Source: Phallusia mammillata (lineage: Eukaryota). From it: a stretch of DNA of 64,000 nt. Under the pieces are notes generated by a model. That model searched no databases. It had not been told where the DNA came from and was given only the letters and a program-made list of their open reading frames with translations. This document shows, in pieces, positions 22,862-34,100 of this stretch. The stretch lies in NCBI GenBank assembly GCA_965637545.1, contig OZ281498.1, positions 13,578,001 to 13,642,000 of the forward strand, in the 5' to 3' direction. The position numbers were made by a program, and so were the translations under genes. Each line of letters starts with the position of its first letter. Positions within the stretch are counted from its first letter, which is position 1.

Positions 22862-24059
22862 ATGCTGAAGCAAATCATTCTTCTGTTTTGTGCCTGTGCA
22901 CTTGTAAGCGCTGCTTACGTCAACAAGAAAGAGGAAGAATTTGGCGAATGGGAGGTAATACCTAAATTAAAATTAATTTTACTGATACGTGCACGTTTTA
23001 ACAGATGATTTATGCAATTTATGTGTTTCACGCATCAAAATATTTTCTTTGTATATATCTGTTGCCAAATCAACCTCCAGAACCTCGTTCAAAACTTTTT
23101 GTCAAGAGCAAGTCAATTTGGAAATAATAAGTTTTTCAACAGCAAGTAATAGATATGTCAAAAAACAACCGTTTTTATCACGTTTAGAATTGCGGTTAAA
23201 ATATGTACACCTGCTCTATAGTGCAAAAAGGCACCCATTTGGGTTTCATGTTGGAAAGGTATATGTCACTGTCCGAATTAATCCCTGAACAAATTGCAGT
23301 AATGTTTGCTGATCGATAAAAAATGTCTGAAGCTACTGACTAAAATGTTCGACCTCCCCATTTTTAAAACAACCTATTTATTACGAGTCCCCAGGTTTGG
23401 TTTTGTTCTATATTTTTCCAATTATGTCGAAGTGCTGGTAGATAAGACTCTATTTGTTACAATACCTAATTTTGTAAACGTATGTTTATAGCCAGCTCCG
23501 TACCAATACTCTGAGGCGGCAAAGGCCCGACTGCGAGAGGCAGCCGTGAAGGCCGTCTCCCATCTATGTTTGGGAGAAGACCTTGACGAACAAATAATGA
23601 ACAGGATTTGTCGCCGAGCAATTATGACCGAGATGGGACAAAGATCTGGCCCAGGTGAGATCTACACATTTACTACTATTCCTGACTGTCACAAAACGCA
23701 ATTTGTCTTCTTATCACTTATGTTGGGCACAGTTACTCCATTAGGATTTAATCTTATTTTGATTCAAATAGTTTATCGATTGACGGCCAGCATCGCCAAA
23801 GTTGGTATTTTCACACAGCCTACAGCCTTAATTGAATTATCCCCACTTTACAATGCCGTTTTTCTGTGTTGTATTCATCAATATGTGCACAAACAAGAGA
23901 TAAATTATTCATAGATAAATATATCCATAAGAACACTGATAGAAAACTGTCGAACGACATTTAATATTCCAACATGTTTTGTCACTAGTCCAAAGAAGAA
24001 GCTGTTTCGATTGCTCAATTAGTGATCCAATTTGTTTCAACATCTGCCCACAACGTTGA
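22862..24059 (+). CDS. Secreted six-cysteine (proguanylin-like) precursor P5, 108 aa, 3 exons
   Basis: Exons 22862-22954, 23492-23654, 23989-24059 (phases 0, 1): MLKQIILLFCACALVSAAYVNKKEEEFGEWE / PAPYQYSEAAKARLREAAVKAVSHLCLGEDLDEQIMNRICRRAIMTEMGQRSGP / VQRRSCFDCSISDPICFNICPQR*. Confidence 0.88.
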
Positions 24060-25173
24060 CGGTTGAAAATCTGAAACCAACCATGCTTCCGAACGCAACA
24101 TAGCAATTTGCTTTATATTCGAATGTAACTGATAATAATTGCTGTACTTCTTTATCTTCTTCACAGTTCATTGTGTGCAGTATGTTTTACGTTGTTTGGA
24201 TATAATTGTGTTCATTATCGTCATTAAAATATCGAACCTAATATATTCGAGATCAGTAACTGACGCCCAATATTGTTACCATGGCAATATGTCAGTCGTA
24301 ACTATAAACCAGTAGCACCTGTGCGTTATGGATGCGCTTGGGTCCATTATTTCGGACACGCTCAAGCGACAGGCTCATTGACAAAAGATGTGTCCAAATC
24401 ACGTTCAGTCAATACAGGATGGCTTAACCGGGCAGTGTAGTTCACAACAGTAGTGAAAGAGAATTTAAGCATCCCCAAATATCACGGTAAAATGCATTTG
24501 GGATACGCCCTTATGCCTCGTTAACCGTCGACTAAGACTTTGGTCAAACATAGCGGTTTTTTCTTCAATTCCACCTTTGTTGCCGGGTAACGTTTTACGA
24601 CTGTCTGACAAGAAATATATTGCTCATTGTACAAGATTCATAAAAGTTTCAATGTCAAGAAAAGTTTGAAGGTGGCAATAAAATGGGTTGTAACTCTTGT
24701 TTAACCACAGTACTTCGCAGTACATCTTTCTCTTGTTAACACTAATATTTCATAACGTTAGTTTGTTCCCGTGGTCTAAACTCTAACAGAGTTAATATGA
24801 TGCAACAGGGGATAATTTGATTATACTTTAATTTATGCAATAAGCAAATAAAAATTGATTGATAAATGTTACCCTTTGCCCAATGGTACAGCAAGAACAA
24901 GTTTATTATATATTTCCAATACACCGACCGGTTACACTTTAAATGGCAAAGAGGTTAATACGTCGACCAACGGCATCGTAAAATTTAATCGTTTTATAAT
25001 GTATTGACATAATACCGGGATCTAAAGATTTTTTGAAGTACATTCTCCTACTGACGTTACAAAACACACAGATTTTATCAATATTTTATTGGTTTACATG
25101 GTGTATTGGATGTTTATCTTGTAGGAAACCAAAACCCATCCTCCATGCTGAGATTTTCCTCCAGTTGGCTGAA

Positions 25174-28100
25174 CTAATGGTAAACCCTGAGTTTGAGAGT
25201 TTTTACAGCAGAACCCATCATGTTTCTAGCGTAGCACTTGTAAAAGCCATTATCAGAGGTCTTTGCTCTGTTTATCACCAATGTTCCAGAATCCAGAAGA
25301 ACAACTTTCGGTTTTGAATGGTGGCTGCTCAGCATAGCCTGAACAAAAGAACACGAAAACTTAACTGGAAAAATTGTTTGGCAAGACGGGTAAATTTAAT
25401 GTTTCAAGACAAACATATTTCAAAACCAAGTTATTTTCATTTCGTTTTTTTATACTACTTTTGATGTGTTATTTTAACAGTTTTGCTCAAAGATCTGCGG
25501 GAATTTTGGCGTAATAAAGTATTGAACAAAAAGTAAACCAAACCTTGTTTTGGATCATCTTCATGCCATTTGGCAAAATCCAATAAAAAGATGCTTTTGG
25601 TACAGCGAGAGCACTACATTCCATTCGAGCAGTATGGCCAACCTTTGCATATCGCATTCTAGAACGACTGCGTTTAATTCTTGGGGCAAACGGTGGCACC
25701 TAAATTGAATGGGAATTTATTTATTTCTGTTTATTAAAATGTAAACTATACAAACTAATTGTAAGTTAAGTATGAAATAATCGGTCATATCAATGCAAAC
25801 TCGCACTGTGTGTACTGTACCTTGAAGTTAACAATCCGTGTAGCGTTGCCTGCAACGTTGGATGCCACACACCGCCACCTACCGGCAAATGAGAGAGCCA
25901 TGCTTCGGATAACGAGCCTTCCATTTGGTTTTACGTAAAACCTGCAATTGTGTGAACCTTTACTGAATAGTTTCTAGGAGTAAAAATTTATAAATTCAAG
26001 AGCCTGTATATCTCAAGTAACTTTATGACCTAACAGAGTCTCTTACAGTTCGAACCAAGATTCGTGTTTTCGTAATAAACTTTTATTATAAAATGAAACT
26101 AACAAACAAATTACCCGTTTCCCCACGAGCCAGACGAGTAAGCCCGACCGCTAGGTGTCTCCCAATGAACCCGTGGCTTCGGTTTTCCAGCCCTCGTTGA
26201 ACAATCTGCCCCAGTCAATCTGTTCCGGGAGACCGTCAATGACTGTGATAGCCGTTGCCTAATCATAGGAGCTTCAACTTTCACAGATAAAGTCACCACT
26301 GTGCGCACAAGTCTGAAAAGGTAGTCAATAGTAAGAAAAATTTTCTACACGTTAATTGATGCATACATTTACAACTAATTTCTAGCAGTTAAGAAAATAT
26401 AAGAAAAATAGTTCTGACCCGTTTTTGTTGCTGGCCACGCACAAATAAGTTCCATTGTCATCGATCTGCAATTTTCGAATTCTTAAGGTTCCGTTGTAAA
26501 GCGGATTGTGTCTCCAACTTGGAATTGGAAGAGGGAACGCAGCTCTTTCTCCATCTGGAAGGCGCCATTCCAAAGACCCGGAGAAGCGCGACCATTTGTT
26601 TCGCGATTTTTGCGCATCTGGTGGAGTTCGACAATTAAGGATCGCTGTTTCACCCACTTTACCCCGCACGGTATACCTGCTCGAAAAAAACAAACAGATG
26701 GTCTGTTTTAAATGAAATAAAATATGATTGCAAACGAATATATGATTCCGTTTTCAACAGACATTTTTAAAGCCCAACGTGCATTTTTAAGCAACCATTA
26801 GTTAAAATCATGACATGTTATAAACAAAATGTCACTTACCTTTATCAGAGACCGAATAAATTAAAAAAAAACTGTTCTGATGCGTTTGTAACTTATCGTA
26901 AAAATTATCCATACCTATAAATATCCTCATTCAGAAAAATCGTCTTAGAACCAGAACTTGATGTCACTACAGCTGGAGATCTGGTCGTCTTCGCTATTGC
27001 TACGTGCATAAGAAATACAAGCATTACTATGCAGACAATTTTCATCAAATATTTTTCCATTGAAAGCATCGCTCTCGATCAATCGTAATCAAATAAGGAC
27101 GTTTGACGCAAGCTATCGATTCTACTAAGTGTCATGAAAATGTTTCGGCTTTTACGTACAATCCAGAAAGGTTGAGACAGAAGAATATTCGAGAAAAAAT
27201 ACATTTAGATAAAGCTGCATTGTCGTGTTGGGACCGTTTTGTAGTAACCCAATATGCTAGTGCAGATAACAAATGTCAAGCATAAGCTAGTTCCCAACAC
27301 GACGAGATACAAAGCCGAAAAAATGCGTTTAAGTATAGGTTTAAGATGGGTAACACTGCAATGTTGTAAAACATAAATATTTTGCGGATTGAGGAAAGCT
27401 GAACCAATATGATCAAACGAAAAATAGTACGTACAACCTCCTTCGTCGTCTGGATCTTTTGCTCTCACTCTTAACCTAATTTGTGTCGTACTTTCACCAG
27501 CAACGTTTCTGCCTACACAGAGGTAGCGACCTAAAAACCCAAAAACCCAAAGTAATCCACGATGTCTTAATGCAAACCAAGGATCAATTGCATACCGTTA
27601 GATCTTCGAGAGATGTTCTGAAACACGAGACTGTCATTTTGAAGGATCAAGATTCCCTCATCCCCGTAATAGTTTCTCGTGAGCTGACGATCATCAGGCA
27701 AAATCCATAACATTCTTTAAAAATTAAAAGTATTTATTGGTTATCAACAGTCTAAATTTTGCGTCGGAAAAATGACTACATCACAAAGTTCTTTGGCCAA
27801 CCAACTTTTACGTCATCATTTGTGGCTTAACATTGAAACCTAAAGTTTGAAACTTACAACAGAACCCAATTAAGTTGCAAATTTTACTACGTTTTAGCAA
27901 TATGCGTTACATAAGCGTGTAAACTGCTTGCAAATTTTACCTGGGAGGTGGGACGCCTGAAGCTGCGCAGTTCAACATTAAGTCCTCATTTTCATAGACA
28001 GTAATAACTCTGTGAGATTTGGCCGATTGTACCGGTTGCGTCGTCCGAACGTCTACATGTAATTCGTGTAGTGTGTGACCCACAGCATTGGAGGCACCGC

Positions 28101-31100
28101 ACAAAAACATAACACCAACGTTCTGAGTTGCCTGCAATAGTATAACAATGCTAAACCGGTCTTTGGTAATTTATCTAAGCAGCCGTTTCGACAACTTTAC
28201 GAGTTAAAACTTGATCTGCTTGTAACCGTAAGAATAGGAAATGTAAAATAGAATAGGTACTACTGTGTTGCAAGTGAATTAAACAGTTGAATGACTTGAA
28301 AAAAAAAACACTTTTGAACTTTATAATGATACTCTTCCGCAACAAAATTTTTATATAGTGTTATTTTTAGTAATCCTCAGAATTTTTTTGATGTTTGCCG
28401 GTGCAGTTTAAGTTTACAAAATATTTACTTGTTTACATTTTCTATGTGCAGAACATTGTCAGGTCTTGTGTATACATTTGCGGTTGCCGTTTTAACGCTT
28501 GCTTCAGCTTCAGTCTTTGTCGCAACACTTTCTGGCCAAGACCATCTCACTTCGGGCTTCGGTATGCCTGGATGGGTAAAATTCACGATTGAAATCAAAC
28601 AAAACTTATTAAGACGCCCCCTAGGGAGCAAATTAAGATACATATAGGATGGAGTTACATTAAAAAAGTTTTTTTGCATTAAATTATTTTCTTAAGGTTT
28701 GGTTAAATATGCCCAGGGAGAATGAATATCACACGCTTCCAACGTTTGACCTAAAATTTGGTATCTGAAGTGATATAGAATATAGTTTAAACATATAGTT
28801 TTGCACAGAGCAAAGATCTCTTAATGCAGGAAATCTAACACCACCACTATGCTGATGTTGACGATAACCCGACTTAAGTGAGACGTAGAAAACAGATACA
28901 GTGTAGAACTACCGCATACCTTCCGCCTCGCAAGTGATTTTTACTGAAGCCCCGAAGTCGACTGACAATCTTCGAACTGTTGGGTTGATAATAATTGGGG
29001 GTTCGGTGTGGATCAAGATTTTTGTCTGGTGGACGAAATTCCGGGACCGATTGTTAAACTGACAAGAAAATGTTCCGTTGTGCATCATACCAACTCTGAA
29101 ACGCACAAACACATCGAAATAACTTTTAGACCACCTTGTTTTAGTTGACGTTCTCATTTATTTGACTTAAACAGATATATTTTTTAGAGGAAACGTTTAT
29201 TGATTGCAATAAAGGCAAACACGTGTAAAAACAAATTAGTTTTAGGAACAGGGGAATGTTACAAAACCTATCTACTTTAATACCTTTAAGTATTGAAAAT
29301 GTATTTACGTAAACAGTGAAAACTTTGTACTTTGAAATGAAAAGACTTGAAGTGTCCCGTTTCACTGTTGCGATCGAAGCAATGTCGTCTTTAAAGATAC
29401 CGTCGTTTGTCACGTGATGTTCGAAAGACCACGTCACTACCCTTTCGCCGTCGCCGGAAAATGGACATTGGATTTCCAAGGAATCTCCATAGTTTACAGT
29501 CAACTCATCTGGATGGTATTGTACAGTCTCTTTGCGGCTTTAAAATTTTGCGTGTTTGACTGTTATGAATTAAAACGAAAGTAAACACTTACCTTTGATG
29601 CTCGATTTTGTTTTCGAAATCTTTGGTATATTTCTGTGTACCGTCTATCAAAATTTACAAATTTTGGTTTGTATTTGTGTGGCAATGTGACTCAATAGAC
29701 GAGGGTGTTTAAACAAAGTAAAAGAAGTTGGATTACGTACCCTTATTATTGCCGCTAGAAGTATTTTTTTCTTCAACTGCGTTGATCTTCCTGCATAGTT
29801 CGAGGACGTAAAACATAAAATAATTATGTTTAAAAACATTTTAGATATAACAAGAAGCAATTTACCCAATTCCTTTTACAGCTTTTATTTCTTCATAGAT
29901 ATTATGATTCGGTAGTTGAGGTTCTGGTGCTTCGCGAACGATTTTGCTGATGTTTTTGCTAGGAGCAACGATTGGTGGGCGGACGAAGTCGGGGGAGTAA
30001 TCCGAATCCAGCTCGTGTGAGAAAACGCCTTCCGTCCCAGAATCGTGATTGCTTGTGATGTTGCCGGAGTCACGTTCAATTTCGGTCTCCCCGTTTAAAG
30101 CCGACGCGCTTTGTTCAATTATCCCTGGCTTGATAAATATTTCATCAGCGCCATCATGCTGCCTCTCGCTCGGCATCTGAGGCGAACCTGCGCCCGACGC
30201 TTGAGAGCTAGAAAGTCCCGAAGCTTGTGTTGCGTTTTCCTCCCTGTCGGACCTTATCGAATTTAATTGCGTTTTTGGGCGGGATGTCGAGGGTCGTTCG
30301 GTTCCAAGAAATCCATCCAGCAATGGAATTTCACCGCTATGTGCTCCTTCAGCGGTGTTATATTCAGTCACGTTTTCCACGGATATGCTGGGAGAACTTC
30401 TGCTTGGTACTGTTATCGCAATGGGCATTTTTATTGACTGAGTGCTTTGATCCAACAAAATGTTATTTGATTGGTTTGTTTCGTTTGAAATTAAAAGAAC
30501 TTTCCCAATATCAAACATGTCTGTTGTAGATGTTACATTTATACGCGACCCCAGATTTGAATTTGAGGTTGGTTCTACATTTGAAACAACGCTGAAGGTC
30601 ATTTCACTAACCATGGTTAAGTTTGCCTTTTTAGCCGTTACCATACTCGTGGTTTCGTATGAAGCTGATGTAGGTTTGAGATTACGAACTTGTGGATGCA
30701 TAATAACTGATAGATCTGAAGAAGGAGCAGGATCGATTGTAGCGTGTTTGATGTCCGATATTTTGTCGGATATTTGAGCAGGTAACTCGATGGCTTTAGT
30801 AAAATTAGTATAGGTAGTGGGTAGGGAATAATCGACCACACTGGGTTTTATTGAAGCGTTTGCAGGTGCATTGCTGATCGACGGAAACATAGGTAGTGTT
30901 ACTGGCACCGATGGTGTCATCGTCGTGGTTTTGGTTTCTGTCATTTCTTCTGACGTCGTTGTGGGACTTGTTAAAACCAATTTATTAGTTTGTTCTTTTA
31001 AACCGATTGTTTTGATTTTTGAAACGTCGGGATGCTCTTCGTTTAATGGATTCTTCGTTTGATCGTTAGTTGTTGTGAGATCGATCGTTTCTGTTGTTGA

Positions 31101-34100
31101 TGCCGTAATTGTCGTGGAAATGTTTCTTACGGTTGCCATCGCAAAAATGGTAGTTTTGTGTGGTGAAGCTGTGACCATGTTTGAAATTCCAACAGTTACT
31201 GGCAATATCTGTGATGTCGATGGAAAAATATCACTTTCTGTAACTGACTTTAAAACTGTAGTGTTTGTATGTGTTGTTTTTAGATGTTTAGAAGTTGTTG
31301 TAGAAACTGGGGTTGTGGTAGTAGTGGCAGTTTTTATTGAAATCAATGTTGATGTAGATAGGGCGGAATTTACGGTTTCCGGTTGCTGAGTTGGTTCCAC
31401 CACTTTTGCTGTCGACGTGTCCATCACTTCGTCTGTTGTTGATTTTGGTAATAGAGCTCTTGAAGAAGCAGAAATTGTATTTTTAGTTGTTGGAGTTGTA
31501 AATATCGGTTGAGTCGATTTGCTGGCTGGGACAACATCGACCATATCTGGTGTCACCACAAAATCTAGTTGAAGATCGTCGAAAACGTAATAATCGTCGT
31601 CATCGTCTGAGCACAGAAAACATACGAAATTATAACTGTAAATATCTTGCACGAACGAACTTACCGATTGTATTTTCTTCAATCACTTGGTTTTCCATGG
31701 CATCAAGATAGATCGGTAAGGTTACGGCACCCATCCGGTTCGCTGCAATGCAACTGTGAAAAAGAACAAACAATAGTTTCGTTTCTATGAAAAATCAGAT
31801 GTCTTAAATGGGGCTTAATGCGCTTTTGACAGACCATGAAGTTTGCTCCAAATTGTATATTTGGCGAAAAAGTAGAATCTGAACAACTTTAACGAAATAA
31901 AAATTCAACCTGTACATTCCAATATGGTTTGTTTTAATCTCCCTGATCATAATTGAGTTGTTTTCAACAATTGTGTCGCCATTGGGGCTCGACGAATTGT
32001 TGATCAAGAGACGCTCCGTTGGTGTTTTCCATGCTATCGTGGCATCTGGCACCGCCTGTAACATGACAGTGATATTTACGCAACAAGCAACTTGAAAGCA
32101 ACCACAAATTCAATCAGCGACAACCATCTCCCCGAACTGAAGTCAGCCCACGTTCTAAATGACATTTACATGCATGAAAGGAGGTAGTGTAAGCGTTTGA
32201 AACGCCCAACGTGGCTTTCGAAATGCGTGACACTTTTGACTCTAAACATATTTTGCGGCTGAAAGTCAGGTTTTCCACCTGGTCTGGTTTGCTCTGCAAT
32301 GTTACCGAGCGACGTGTTTACATCATATGTATCCTAATGGTTTTCTAGAAGAGACCTTTACGTGCACTGAATACTTATGTCCTTTTACACAGGCCCTGAC
32401 ACCGTAATGGAATACAAAATGCAAAGTATACCGCAATTCTTTCAACCCGATGCTAAAATATTTAAAAACAGGTCAATGTATTTATGCACTTCGAAAAAAG
32501 TTAATAAAACTGACTTTAAAAATTTAAAGAATGATCGATTTGCCGCAATTGCACACTTGGTCCCAAATAATACTCAACCGAGTTTAATTGTACGGAAGAA
32601 AACTCCCTATGCCATCAACCTAAGAGTCTTGCAAATTCACTTACATTAACCACGCAGTCTGCTTTCCAGCTTTTCCCGATAACCGCACTGTCCTGGCGGG
32701 ATCGTTCGATCGAAGTGTCAGATGCTGGGACGACGAACAGTCTGACAGGGGCTATGTCCTCTGCCACTTCAGACTTTGTGGCCGATTGCGACATGCAATA
32801 ATAAACTCCGGCGTCATCCAACTTAGTTCTCCTAACAACTAAACGACCACCACCAGTTACACGAAACCGCCCAGTCCTCTGTCCCGCACGGATAACTCGT
32901 TCATTCGGCATCACCTTCGTCAATTAAAGCAAAACATTTACCTTAGGCTGCGAATTTGAAAGTACAATACGTATTGATACGTGTGGTATAATAATGAAAC
33001 GAGCGGTTCGTTTTCTACAAAACTTCTATAAGGATTTTAAGGCATCTGTGTTTCATACACTCCGAAGGCAGGTTGTTGCAGCAATATTGAATTATATGTC
33101 AAAACAAATGAGAGTGTTTAAAAATTGGTGACAAAATTACATCGCAACAAAGCCCAAACTAAGTTGTTTATTTGTTTCGTGGTTCATCGATAAGTTCACA
33201 ATTAAGTGCATGGTAGGTGGTCCTGTGGAATTTAGTAAAAAAACAAGAAGAACAAGCTTACCCAGGATAACGTGGGTCTTGGGGAGCCCATAGCTCGACA
33301 TCTCAACACAACCGTACGTCTTTCCATCGCTATTCGTGTTTCTTGTTGAGATGGATAAGGATCTATAAGCATCGTCCATGGATGACCTTTGGAGTTTTCG
33401 ATTTTGCTGGGTAAAATGTTGACCCGATTGCGAAACAAAAGAACAAGTTTTCTGTTCTGAAAACAAAGCGGTTTAATATAAAAAACAAGTTTTCTATTCC
33501 AATTCACTACTTTACATTTTTTTAACACAATATTTTTAGATATAAAATACTAAGAAACACATCAAAAACTGTAAGCCACCTCGGGACGAAACCTGTTTGA
33601 AGCAATGGTGATGGTGAAGGATGATGATTTAATAGTTTCCGAGGCTTCCAAGACCGAAGCAGCAATGATCCGGAGGCCGGAACCACGAGGATTTAATGCT
33701 GCCGTTGGATCACCTTGTATCTGTTTTTGCGATATAGACCATTACAGTTGCCAAATTTATTATAATTGGGGTCCCTAATCATTGCATGGTGTCAAATATT
33801 TAGATACAAAGGTTAAACCTTTTAGGTCTTTCACACAAACTTGAACTTTTTAAAGAAAAGTTATTTGACAAATGAATGACAGAGCGTAAAAACCGGAAAG
33901 CTGTCGATTAGTCGACCGCCTTACTTTGACTTTATAATCAGTGTGCTCTCCGAAGCTAGTGCTGCTTGGCGAACGAGAGGAAAAATTTAGTGCTGCGTTG
34001 AGATATGGCCGCAAAATGTCATCAAGACGAGTTGCATCGACAGGATAATCTATGGAACATGTCATCATCAGCTCAATCTCGGCAAGGTAGGTGAGGTTGG

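Noticed and set aside
23546-23914. 122-aa ORF with a hydrophobic tail
   Set aside because: It is P5 exon 2 read through into intron 2. The true donor is at 23655.
13041-24059. Insulin/relaxin, saposin-like or eclosion-hormone identity for P1-P5
   Set aside because: There is no CC pair or B-chain motif (insulin). The CxxC pair lies near the C-terminus rather than the N-terminus (saposin). The cysteine order differs from eclosion hormone. Proguanylin spacing fits best.
30227-31389. Plus-strand Val-rich ORFs of about 100 aa
   Set aside because: Antisense shadows of the Thr-rich mucin exon.
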